A stretch of 64,000 bases of DNA, from the NCBI GenBank assembly GCA_943787795.1, contig CALSNU010000002.1, positions 32,001 through 96,000 of the forward strand, in the 5' to 3' direction. Shown here one piece after another: positions 55,267-64,000 of the stretch. Position 1 is the stretch's first letter. Each line of letters starts with the position of its first letter. Below the pieces are notes generated by a model that was not told where the DNA came from, made no database searches, and was given only the letters and a program-made list of their open reading frames with translations. This DNA comes from an uncultured bacterium (lineage in GTDB: Bacteria > Planctomycetota > UBA1135 > GCA-002686595). The position numbers were made by a program, and so were the translations under genes.

Positions 55267-56157
55267 TTGAACGTCACCCTCAAGAAGCTCTCCGAGGTCC
55301 GCCTCACCAACCAGTACCTGCGCACCGATACGGACGTGGAGGCGCTGAAGAAGAGCCTGGAGAGCGTCGGGCTGATCCACCCGGTGACGATCAACGGAGA
55401 GGGGGAGCTCCTGGCCGGTGCCCGCCGCTTCCAGGCCGCGAGCGAGCTCGGCTGGGAGGAGATCCCGGTCCAGGTTGTGGAGCGGGACTTGCTTGAGCAG
55501 GAGCTCATCTCCATCGATGAGAACCTGGTCCGCGCGCCCCTCAACTCCCTCGAGCTGGAGCGGTACCTGAACCGGGGCCGTGAGATCTACGAGCAGCTGA
55601 ACCCCGAGGCCAACAAGGTCGACCTCTCCTCCGAGGAGCTCAAGGGCGAGGCCAGGCAGGAGAAGAAGGAGATCGAGGAGCAGGACGAGAGCTCCTTCGC
55701 CGCCGTCACCGCCGAGAAGACCGGGCTCTCGAAGTCCATCATCCGCGGCGCCATCAAGCGGGACGAGCTCGCGGCGGACGTGGTCAAGGAGGCCCGCAGC
55801 CAGGGGGAGCTGAACGCCACCCAGACCAACGAGATCATCAAGCTCGAGAAGGAGACCCAGGCGGAGGTCCTGCCCCTGATCGCAGACAAGACGGTCAAGG
55901 AGGCCCGCAAGATCATCGCCGCGGCCCAGACCGGCGGCGTCGAGGCCGCCGTGGAAGAGTCCGAGAAGGTGGTCCCGCTCCCCCGCGAGTACGGCCAGAT
56001 CCTCAGCCCGGTCCGGCGGGTCAACAAGAACATCAGCCGCATCCTGGTGGAGGAGCTGCGCTACGACGGGCCCGAGCGGAAGAAGATCCACCAGGAGCTA
56101 CGGGCGCTGAAGGACAACCTGGTGCAGTTCTTCGACATGGTCGGAGAGGGCGAGTAG
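55267..56157 (+). CDS. Orphan ParB/Spo0J-like protein (ParBc domain + HTH)
   Basis: SLESVGLIHPVTI, LLAGARRFQA, IDENLVR, HTH-like TAEKTGLSKSII. TTG start assumed (alternative ATG 55120). Confidence 0.85.
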   Translation: MNVTLKKLSEVRLTNQYLRTDTDVEALKKSLESVGLIHPVTINGEGELLAGARRFQAASELGWEEIPVQVVERDLLEQELISIDENLVRAPLNSLELERYLNRGREIYEQLNPEANKVDLSSEELKGEARQEKKEIEEQDESSFAAVTAEKTGLSKSIIRGAIKRDELAADVVKEARSQGELNATQTNEIIKLEKETQAEVLPLIADKTVKEARKIIAAAQTGGVEAAVEESEKVVPLPREYGQILSPVRRVNKNISRILVEELRYDGPERKKIHQELRALKDNLVQFFDMVGEGE

Positions 56158-56184
56158 GGGGCCAGCGCTCCGCCTGGTCCTCTG

Positions 56185-56254
56185 CCCGATCGCTGGGTCC
56201 CGATCGCTGGGTCCCGATCGCTGGGTCCCCATCGCTGGTGCCCCATCGCTGGGG
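56185..56254. repeat. 5 x 14-bp tandem repeat downstream of the ParB-like gene
   Basis: CCCGATCGCTGGGT three times exactly, then CCCCATCGCTGGTG and CCCCATCGCTGGGG. Confidence 0.95.
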
Positions 56255-56455
56255 CCCGGGACGCCGCTCGGTCCTCGTGGCGGTCGAAGGCCAGCCGGCT
56301 GATCCGGCCCCCGGCTCCAGAGCCGACCCGACGGAAGGCCAGGATCCCGCATCGGGACGAACGGGCGCCGTAAGTCCGGCGTCTCCCGTCGCCTCGTCCT
56401 GCCGGAACGCGTGGTCGGACGTAGCCTGTGGGCTCCCCCACCTGCACCGAGACCC

Positions 56456-59431
56456 ATGCTGCGACACCTCTCCTTCACGGCCCTGTTCACCCTCTCCCTC
56501 GTCAGCGCCCGCTCCGCACACGCGCTCCCGCAAGACATCGACGGGGCCGCCGTGCCCAGCGAAACGACCGGCGAGACGCCCGGCGAGGCGCTCGGCGAGG
56601 GCGACACGGTCCAGGCCGCCGTCACGCCGCGCCTGACGACGGAGGCCGACTGGGGCCAGTGGGAGCGCCTGGGCGCCGACGTCCTCTCCCCCGACGGCCG
56701 CTGGATCGCGTACACCATCCGCCGGAACGACGGCACGAGCGAGCTCCGGCTGCGCGTCATCGCCACCGACTCGACGGAGGTCTTCGAGCAGGGCGGCAGG
56801 CCGACGTTCTCCAGCGACGGCAAGTGGCTGGCGTTCTCCATCGGCAAGTCCGAGGCCGAGCGGGAGGAGCTCGCCAAGGGCAAGAAGCCCGTGGAGAACG
56901 ACCTGGGTCTGTTCGACCTCGTCGGCGGTGAGGAGGACACCATCGAAGGCGTGAGCACCTTCGCCTTCAGCGAGGGCGGCGCCTTCCTCGCGATGCAGCG
57001 CCACGGTGAGCCGGGCGACGATCACGGCGCCGACCTCGTCGTCCGCGACCTCGCGAGCGGCGTGGACACCCACTTCGGTCGCGTGGGTGCCTTTTCGTGG
57101 AGCGAGAAGGGCGCGTGGCTCGCGATGACCATCGACGCCCCCGACCAGGCCGGCAACGGGCTCCGCGTGGTCGACGCGCGTACGGGCAAGATGCAGACGC
57201 TCGACTCGGGCGAGGCGGACTACGTGGGCATGACCTGGCGCGACGACGCCGCGGACCTCGCGGTCATGCGCAAGCAGGCCCACGGGGACGACGAGGACGC
57301 CACCTTCACGGTGCTCGCCTGGCGCGGGCTTAACAAGAAGGCGCCGCGGTCCTCGCGCTACGACCACCTGGACGACGAGGCGTTCCCCGAGGACCTGCGG
57401 GTCGTCGACTTCGACGGCCTGACGTGGTCCGACGAGGGCGACGCGGTGTTCTTCGGCCTGAAGGCCTGGGAGACCCGACCCGCCGGGCTCGACGAGGACG
57501 ACGAGGAGGGAGCCGGCGACGAGGAAGGTGTCGACGAGGACGCCGCAGCGCCCGAGAGCAAGGAGGCCGCGGGCGAGGCGGCTGAGGAGCCCCAGGGTCC
57601 GGACGCCGAAGGCGAGAAGGCCAAGTCCATGCGGGAGAGCCTCGACGAGGCTCCCGGCGTCGAGATCTGGCACGCCAAGGACATCAACATCGTGCCCCGA
57701 CAGAAGCGCACCGAGTCTGAGGACGAGCGCGACAGCTTCATGGCGGCCCTCTGGCTCGATGCCGGCACGCTGGTCCGGCTGGAGGACGAGGCGGTCCCGG
57801 ATGTGGTCCTTCTCGAACGTCAACGCATGGCGCTCGGGAGCGACGAGGCGCCGTACGAGGAGGAGCAGCGCTTCTCGGCAACGCTCGTCGACCTGTACTC
57901 GGTGGACGTCATGACCGGCGAGCGAGAGCGAATCCTCGAGCGCGTCAAGTACACGATGGAGGGCGACCCCCGAGGGACGCGATTCCTGTTCGTGCGCGAC
58001 GGGCACATCTGGGCTTACGACATGCAGGCCCGCGCCGCGACGAACCTCACGGGCGACGTCGAGGCCGCGTTCACCGACCAGGAGAACTCAAGCCTCACCG
58101 ACGAGAAGCCGCCGTACGGCGTCGCGGGGTGGACGAAGAAGGGCGACCGGGTCCTGCTCTACGACCGCTACGACATCTGGTCCTTCGCGCTCGACGGCAG
58201 CTCGCACAAGCGCCTCACCCAGGGCGCGGAGGACTCGATCCGCCACCGCCGGTTCGTCGTCGCCGCGGACCCCGACGCCGAGCAGCGCGACATCATCCCG
58301 TCGGGGGGCTTCTACGTCAGCCTCTACGGCGACCTCACGAAGGAGTCCGGCTACGGCTTCCTCAAGCCCGGCCGCGCCCTGGACCGGCGGGTCTGGGAGC
58401 CCGCGCGCATCTCCGGCCTCGTCCGCGCGGAGGACGCCGACGTGTTCGCGTTCACCGCGGAGCGCTTCGACGACTCACCGGACCTGTTCGTCGGCGGACC
58501 GGCCCTCGAGGACGCCAAGCAGGTCAGCGCCACCAACGCGTTCGCCAGCGACTACCTCTGGGGGCACTCGGAGCTCGTCGACTTCGAGAACTCGAACGGC
58601 GTGCCCCTGCAGGGCGCCCTCTACTACCCGGCGGACTACGACGAGACGAAGACCTATCCGATGGTCGTGTACATCTACGAGCTGCGCTCGCAGTCGCTGC
58701 ACCAGTACATGGCCCCCTCGGAGCGCAACCCGTACAGCACGTCCGTCTTCACCCAGAACGGGTACTTCGTCTTCCAGCCCGACATCGTCTACCGCGCCCA
58801 GAACCCGGGGCTCTCCGCCGTCGAGTGCGTGGTCCCCGCGGTGCGCAAGGTGCTCGAGTCCGGCAAGGTGGACCCCGAGCGCGTCGGCCTCGTGGGCCAC
58901 TCCTGGGGCGCGTACCAGACGGCCTTCATCGTGACGCAGACCGACCTCTTCGCGGCGGGCGTCGCCGGGGCGCCGCTGACGAACATGATGAGCATGTCCA
59001 TGAGCATCTACTGGAACTCGGGGCAGACCGACGCGTACATCTTCCACGAGAGCCAGGGCCGCATGGACCGCCCCTTCTGGAGCGACGTCGACACCTACAT
59101 CGCCAACTCGCCGATCTTCTCCATCGAGGACCTCAACACGCCGCTGCTCGTGGCCTTCGGGGACGACGACGGAGCCGTGGACTGGCAGCAGGGCGTGGAG
59201 ATGTACAACGCGGCCCGCCTGGCCCAGCGCCCGTTCGTGATGCTCGTCTACCCCGGCGAGAACCACGGCCTGCGCAAGAAGCCGAACCAGGTGGACTACC
59301 ACCACCGGGTGCGAGAGTGGTTCGACACCTACCTCACCGGCAAGGAGGCTCCCGAGTGGATCTCCGACGGCGTCCCGTGGCTCGACCAGAAGAAGGCGCT
59401 TGAGGAGGTCGGGGGCGGCGACAAGGACTGA
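56456..59431 (+). CDS. Exported S9 (prolyl oligopeptidase family) serine peptidase
   Basis: Beta-propeller SPDG/SSDG repeats; GHSWG nucleophile; DGAV; ENHG. Confidence 0.93.
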   Translation: MLRHLSFTALFTLSLVSARSAHALPQDIDGAAVPSETTGETPGEALGEGDTVQAAVTPRLTTEADWGQWERLGADVLSPDGRWIAYTIRRNDGTSELRLRVIATDSTEVFEQGGRPTFSSDGKWLAFSIGKSEAEREELAKGKKPVENDLGLFDLVGGEEDTIEGVSTFAFSEGGAFLAMQRHGEPGDDHGADLVVRDLASGVDTHFGRVGAFSWSEKGAWLAMTIDAPDQAGNGLRVVDARTGKMQTLDSGEADYVGMTWRDDAADLAVMRKQAHGDDEDATFTVLAWRGLNKKAPRSSRYDHLDDEAFPEDLRVVDFDGLTWSDEGDAVFFGLKAWETRPAGLDEDDEEGAGDEEGVDEDAAAPESKEAAGEAAEEPQGPDAEGEKAKSMRESLDEAPGVEIWHAKDINIVPRQKRTESEDERDSFMAALWLDAGTLVRLEDEAVPDVVLLERQRMALGSDEAPYEEEQRFSATLVDLYSVDVMTGERERILERVKYTMEGDPRGTRFLFVRDGHIWAYDMQARAATNLTGDVEAAFTDQENSSLTDEKPPYGVAGWTKKGDRVLLYDRYDIWSFALDGSSHKRLTQGAEDSIRHRRFVVAADPDAEQRDIIPSGGFYVSLYGDLTKESGYGFLKPGRALDRRVWEPARISGLVRAEDADVFAFTAERFDDSPDLFVGGPALEDAKQVSATNAFASDYLWGHSELVDFENSNGVPLQGALYYPADYDETKTYPMVVYIYELRSQSLHQYMAPSERNPYSTSVFTQNGYFVFQPDIVYRAQNPGLSAVECVVPAVRKVLESGKVDPERVGLVGHSWGAYQTAFIVTQTDLFAAGVAGAPLTNMMSMSMSIYWNSGQTDAYIFHESQGRMDRPFWSDVDTYIANSPIFSIEDLNTPLLVAFGDDDGAVDWQQGVEMYNAARLAQRPFVMLVYPGENHGLRKKPNQVDYHHRVREWFDTYLTGKEAPEWISDGVPWLDQKKALEEVGGGDKD

Positions 59432-59456
59432 CGCCACGGCCAGCCGGCTCGCCGGA

Positions 59457-59516
59457 GCCTCCCCCACGGAACGGGCTTCCCCGGCAGGACGGCTCTCCCC
59501 GCCAGGACGGGCCTCC
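59457..59516. repeat. Degenerate 3 x 18-bp tandem repeat
   Basis: GCCTCCCCCACGGAACGG / GCTTCCCCGGCAGGACGG / CTCTCCCCGCCAGGACGG. Confidence 0.6.
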
Positions 59517-59569
59517 ACTGAACCCGCGGATCTCGTCAGGTCCGCGGGTCTCTCTTTGCTGGAGTCCCC

Positions 59570-61258
59570 ATGACCCGTCTCTCGCTCGGCACCCCTGCCC
59601 CGACTCCGGCGCCCCTCCTCGGCATGAACCCTCACTCTCCAAACGGCCCCTCGAACGCCCCGCTCTGCCAAGGCCTGGAGCCTGCGTCCACGCCGGTCTC
59701 CGAGGTGAAGCGCTGCGGGCGCGTCGCCCTGGCCGTCCTGGGACGCCTCGCCGGCGCCCTCGGGCTCGCGGGGCTCGCTGCGGGCCAGGGGACGCTCAGC
59801 GTCGATCGTGCGTTCGGGGATCACATGGTCCTCCAGCGCCGCCAGCCGATCCAGGTCTGGGGCCTCGCTGCCCCTGGCACGACGGTCCAGGTACGCCTGG
59901 CGGAGGAGCGCGCCGAGGCGATCGCTGGCGCGGACGGGCGCTGGCGGGCGGAGCTCGGCGCCATGGAGGCCGGCGGCCCCCACTCGATCACGCTGCGCTC
60001 GGAGGGAGAGGTGGTGACCCTCGAGGACATCCTCGTCGGCGAGGTCTGGCTCTGCGCGGGCCAGTCCAACATGCGCTGGACTCTCGGTCAGAGCGCCGCC
60101 GCCGAGGAGATGCTCGCCGCCTCCTCGATCCCACAGCTGCGCCTGCTCGACTTCGTGGGCGAGGCCTACCCCAGCTCCCGCGCCTGGACCGACGAGGAGC
60201 TCGCGAAGTGCTCCCCCGAGCGCTACTACCGGACGTCCGGCTGGGCGGTCTCCAGCCCCGCCTCGGCACGTCCGTTCTCCGCGGTCGCCTGGGCCTTCGG
60301 CCGCGACCTCCAGGCCCGGCTCGGCGTGCCCGTGGGCCTCATCCACAACGCCATCGGCGGCACCTGCACCGAGGCCTACATCAGCCCCGAGCGGCTCCGC
60401 GCCGAGCCGGAGCTCGCGGACGGGGAAGGGTGGCTGAAGGACCCCCGCGCCCCCGAGTGGCCCCGGCAGCGCGGCCGGGAGAACCTCGCGCGCTGGTTCG
60501 CTGCGCCCGAGGGTCCCATGCCCGGCCACCCCTTCCAGCCGGGCTTCCTGCACGACGCCGCCATCGCCCCCCTGGCGGGGCTCGGCCTCGCCGGAGCCAT
60601 CTGGTACCAGGGCGAGTCCAACGCGACCCTGGCCGACATGCAGGTGGCCGCGGACCCCGCCTGGTGTCGGACGAGCCTGACCGCGCTCATCGACGATTGG
60701 CGCGACACCCTCGCGAGGCCCGAGCTCCCCTTCCTTATGGTCCAGCTCCCGGGCATGGGGCGCGCGTGGATGGCGTACCGGGAGGTCCAGCGGCAGGTGG
60801 CCAAGCTCCCCGGAGTCGGCCTGGCCGTCACCCTCGACCTGGGCCACCCCACCGACGTCCATCCGCGCCGCAAGCGCGAGGTCGGCGCGCGCCTCGCGGG
60901 CCTCGCGCTCCACGGGGTCTACGGCCAGGACCTCCCGCGAAGTCCCGCCGCCCAGGGGGCCACCGTCGGGGAGCTCAGCTGCATCGTCCGGATCTCCAGC
61001 GCGGACGGCGAGCTCCGCACCCGGGGCGGGGCGCCCGTTCGAGGCGTCGAGGTGCTCGGTGATGACGGGATCTGGCGCGCCGCTGGCGCCGTCATCCAGG
61101 GCTCCAACCTGGTGGTGACCTCTCCCGGGACGCCCAAGCCGATGTCCGTGCGATACGCCTGGGCGCCGATCCCCGACGGCAACCTCGTGGGGAAGACAGG
61201 GCTCCCGCTGGGCCCGTTCATGGAGCCTCTTCGCGGCCGCTCGACGGAAGGCCGGTAG
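59570..61258 (+). CDS. Sialate O-acetylesterase (SASA, SGNH) family
   Basis: DHMVLQR, GEVWLCAGQSNM, FSAVA, WYQGESN, VQLP, DVHP..K..VG.RL, VRYAW. The true start may be GTG 59705. Confidence 0.92.
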   Translation: MTRLSLGTPAPTPAPLLGMNPHSPNGPSNAPLCQGLEPASTPVSEVKRCGRVALAVLGRLAGALGLAGLAAGQGTLSVDRAFGDHMVLQRRQPIQVWGLAAPGTTVQVRLAEERAEAIAGADGRWRAELGAMEAGGPHSITLRSEGEVVTLEDILVGEVWLCAGQSNMRWTLGQSAAAEEMLAASSIPQLRLLDFVGEAYPSSRAWTDEELAKCSPERYYRTSGWAVSSPASARPFSAVAWAFGRDLQARLGVPVGLIHNAIGGTCTEAYISPERLRAEPELADGEGWLKDPRAPEWPRQRGRENLARWFAAPEGPMPGHPFQPGFLHDAAIAPLAGLGLAGAIWYQGESNATLADMQVAADPAWCRTSLTALIDDWRDTLARPELPFLMVQLPGMGRAWMAYREVQRQVAKLPGVGLAVTLDLGHPTDVHPRRKREVGARLAGLALHGVYGQDLPRSPAAQGATVGELSCIVRISSADGELRTRGGAPVRGVEVLGDDGIWRAAGAVIQGSNLVVTSPGTPKPMSVRYAWAPIPDGNLVGKTGLPLGPFMEPLRGRSTEGR

Positions 61259-61307
61259 TCCACGAGCCGCCATTCAATGGAGCACGGGCAGGAGCCCCTG
61301 CTCCGCG

Positions 61308-64000
61308 TCAACGCCGCCGGAGCGCCGCAGCCGTGGCGCCCTCCGTCAGACCGTCCGGCGGCCCGGACGCCACGAGGCTCCCGCCGCCCGCGCCGCTGGA
61401 AGGGCCGAGGTCGATAACGTGGTCGCAGGCCGCGATGAGAGAGAGGCGGTGCTCGGCCATGAGGATCAGGTCGCCGCGGTCCGCGAGGTCTCGCAGGACC
61501 TCGACGAGGCGCCGTACGTCCTCCTCGTGCAGTCCTGTGGCGGGCTCGTCCAGCAGGCGCAGGGTGGGGCCAGCCTTGGCGAGGAGGCCCATCGCGAGGG
61601 TGAGGCGCTGGACCTCGCCGCCGGAGAGCTCGGGGACGGCGCGGCCGAGCGCCAGGTGGCCGAGGCCCAGTCGCCCGAGGCCCTCGATGCCCCTGAGCAG
61701 CTTGCCAAGCGAGGCCGCCCCCTGCAGCGCCCCCTCCTGAGCCCCCTCCAGAACACCGTGCAGCTCGTCCACAGGCGCGGCCATGAAGTCGGCGATGGAC
61801 CGGCCTTCCCAGCGGACGCCGAGGACATCGGGCCGGTAGCGCCGCCCGCCGCAGTCGGGACACGCGAGGTCCAGGTCCGCCATGAAGTCCATGGGGATCC
61901 GCTCCCGTCCCGTGCCCCGGCACGCCGGGCAGCGGCCCGCCGGGCTCGTGAAGGAGAACGCCCCGCGGGCGAGGCCGCTGCCGCCAGCCTCGGCGGCGAA
62001 CAGGGACTGCACGGCGCCCATCAGGCCCAGCGCGGTGACGACGGTGGACGCCTCGGTCGCGCGGCGTGAGCTCTGGACCTCCGCGAAGGTCGCGGGCGCC
62101 GCGCGCCCTCCGGTCCCTCCCATGACCATGCACTGCACGGGGGCGCCAGATCGAACGCTCGGCTCGATCACGTCGAAGAGCAGGCTCGACTTGCCGCTCC
62201 CCGAGACCCCGGTCACGGCCACGAGGCCCGCCGCGGGCAGGGCCACGTCGATGCCCTTGAGGTGGTGGGCCCGGCAGCCCTCGAGGACCCAGTCCAGGCG
62301 CGGCGCCTCGCGGCTGACCTTGAGATCGGCGCCGGCCGCGAGCGCCCGCGCGGTCGGTCCCTCGCCGGCGAGGACCTCGGACGGTGCGCCGATCGCCACC
62401 ACCTCACCGCCGGCGTCGCCCGCGCCGGGCCCGAGCTCGATCAGGTGATCGGCGGCCCGCAGGACGCCGGGGTCGTGCTCCACGAGCACCACGGTGTTCC
62501 CCTCCGCGGTGAACTCCCTGAGCAGCCCCATGAGCCCCTCCACGTCACGAGCATGGAGCCCGCTCGTGGGCTCATCGAGCACGAGCGTCACGCCCGCGAG
62601 CCCCGCGCGGAGCACGCTCGCGAGCCGCGTGCGCTGGAGCTCGCCGCCGGAGAGCGTCGGGCTCTTGCGCGAGAGCTGGAGGTGCCCGAGCCCCAGGGAC
62701 ACCAGCGACCCCACGCGCTCCCGGACCTCGGGCATCAATGCCTCGAGAACCGGCGATTGCCGCCCGTCCAGCTCGAGGGAACCGAGCTCATCCAGCAGGC
62801 GGTCGACGGGGAGGTCGAGGAGCTCCGGCAAGGTCCGCCCTCCCAGGGTCACGCTCCGCGCGCGCGGCCCGAGGCGCGTGCCGCCGCAGTCCTCGCAGGG
62901 GCCTGGGGCCAGGGGTTCCGCCCAGCTGATGAAGCTCTTCTGCTTGACCCGACGCTGGGCCTCGCGCTCGGCGAGGGCCAGCATGCCGTCCCAGGTCGCC
63001 TCGAACTCGTGGGTGCCCTTCCCCTCGCCCGCCTGACCGCCCTCGGCGAGCTCCCACCGCACCAGCAGCACCTCGTCTGAGCCGGCGCCCCTGAGCGCGA
63101 GCTCTTGAGCCACCTCGTCCAGCTCGGCGAAGGGCAGGTTCCAGTCCACCGACGGCCCCGCGGCCCGCAAGGTCGCGAGGAACTGCCCGTCCGCCTCGCC
63201 CAGGTACTTGCCCACCCGCGTCCCATCCATGGCCCCCGCGGTGATCGGGCGCGAGGGATCGGTGACGAGGCGCGCCGGGTCGCAGCGCGACACGGTCCCC
63301 TGGCCCTCACAGGTGGTGCAGGCCCCGGCCGCCCGATCCGGGCTGAAGTGCTCGGCCTGGAGCTCCACGGGCTCGCCGTTGAGCGTGCCCGCGCGGGAGA
63401 AGAGCAGGCGCAGGAGCGGGCCGAGCTCGCTCTGGGTCGCGACGGTGGAGCGCTGGCCCGCGCGGGCCTGCTGCTGGCGGAGCGAGATCACCGGGCCGAG
63501 GCCGTCCGCTCGGTCGAGCTCGGGCCGCGCGAGGCGCTTCATGTGGCGGCGCACCTGGAACGGGAGGCTCTCCGAGAAGCGCTGCCACGCCTCCCCCGCC
63601 AGGGTGTCGAAGGCGAGCGAGCTCTTGCCGCTCCCGGACACCCCGCAGACCGCGGTGATGGCCCGGCGCGGGAGGTCCACATCCACCGAGCGCAGGTTGT
63701 GGGTGCGGACGCCGCGGAGCTGGATGTGCTCGGGGAGGCGCGCCGGAGGCCGGGGGGCCCGGCCGGTCGCCGGGGCGTCGCCGACGCCGGGCGCTATCTC
63801 CCGCGCGACCCCATCCACCACGTCCACCCGCCGGTCCGCCGCGGCCCACAGGCCCCGGTGGTGGCTGATGGCGAGCACCGTGTGGCCCGCGTCGATGAGC
63901 CGGCCCAGGCTGCGCACCAGCCGCTCCACGTCGACGGGGTGGAGGCCGCGGTCCGGCTCGTCGAGCGCCACGAGGGTGGGCGCGCTCCCCGCCTCACCCA
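61308..64000 (-). CDS. uvrA: UvrA-like excinuclease ABC subunit A, extended/tandem form (5' end outside the window)
   Basis: End of one ABC domain (LDEP..GLH, ISHH), then a complete UvrA module: NLRSVDVDLP, GVSGSGKS twice, LSGGE twice, DEPT/DEPA, CxxC zinc fingers. Confidence 0.9.
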   Translation of the reverse strand, partial: GEAGSAPTLVALDEPDRGLHPVDVERLVRSLGRLIDAGHTVLAISHHRGLWAAADRRVDVVDGVAREIAPGVGDAPATGRAPRPPARLPEHIQLRGVRTHNLRSVDVDLPRRAITAVCGVSGSGKSSLAFDTLAGEAWQRFSESLPFQVRRHMKRLARPELDRADGLGPVISLRQQQARAGQRSTVATQSELGPLLRLLFSRAGTLNGEPVELQAEHFSPDRAAGACTTCEGQGTVSRCDPARLVTDPSRPITAGAMDGTRVGKYLGEADGQFLATLRAAGPSVDWNLPFAELDEVAQELALRGAGSDEVLLVRWELAEGGQAGEGKGTHEFEATWDGMLALAEREAQRRVKQKSFISWAEPLAPGPCEDCGGTRLGPRARSVTLGGRTLPELLDLPVDRLLDELGSLELDGRQSPVLEALMPEVRERVGSLVSLGLGHLQLSRKSPTLSGGELQRTRLASVLRAGLAGVTLVLDEPTSGLHARDVEGLMGLLREFTAEGNTVVLVEHDPGVLRAADHLIELGPGAGDAGGEVVAIGAPSEVLAGEGPTARALAAGADLKVSREAPRLDWVLEGCRAHHLKGIDVALPAAGLVAVTGVSGSGKSSLLFDVIEPSVRSGAPVQCMVMGGTGGRAAPATFAEVQSSRRATEASTVVTALGLMGAVQSLFAAEAGGSGLARGAFSFTSPAGRCPACRGTGRERIPMDFMADLDLACPDCGGRRYRPDVLGVRWEGRSIADFMAAPVDELHGVLEGAQEGALQGAASLGKLLRGIEGLGRLGLGHLALGRAVPELSGGEVQRLTLAMGLLAKAGPTLRLLDEPATGLHEEDVRRLVEVLRDLADRGDLILMAEHRLSLIAACDHVIDLGPSSGAGGGSLVASGPPDGLTEGATAAALRRR

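Noticed and set aside
45559..56254. Tandem arrays (45559, 56185, also 42125) as possible CRISPR arrays
   Set aside because: Units are 14-18 bp and directly adjacent, with no unique spacers and no cas genes.
55267..56254. ParB-like gene as a marker of an integrated plasmid or prophage
   Set aside because: No integrase, rep, parA, phage genes or att-like repeats nearby; the neighbours are ordinary chromosomal hydrolases.
6849..64000. Several DNA-repair genes (flap endonuclease, nei, ATL, uvrA) as a repair or defence island
   Set aside because: They are scattered over 57 kb among unrelated genes, and I found no shared operator.

Overview
High-GC bacterial chromosomal DNA with about 50 CDS. It is probably Planctomycetota, inferred from the PSD1/planctomycete cytochrome c + DUF1501 pair, PVC-type heme proteins, DUF1080 domains and sulfatases. 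I saw no rRNA, tRNA, CRISPR array, integrase or transposase. Housekeeping genes include apt, fbp, ilvE, nei, idi, rfbA, tal, bioY and a longer-than-usual uvrA, alongside many exported hydrolases. The strongest candidate for an undescribed system is a five-gene minus-strand operon (34510->28509). It encodes two membrane-anchored alkaline-phosphatase-superfamily enzymes, a 65-aa ribbon-helix-helix protein ending in LKGLGYIS, a 3-TM protein laid out like archaeal/eukaryotic Oxa1-superfamily insertases (DUF106/EMC3/TMCO1), and a Mesh1-like HD hydrolase. Other leads: an orphan ParB-like gene flanked by tandem repeats; an Sm-fold-like small protein next to a FIST gene; recurrent leaderless-type promoters (TAnnnT 6-7 nt before start codons); many short degenerate tandem duplications; and a +1 frameshift in DUF1501. 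All family calls come from motif recognition by eye, not from database searches.
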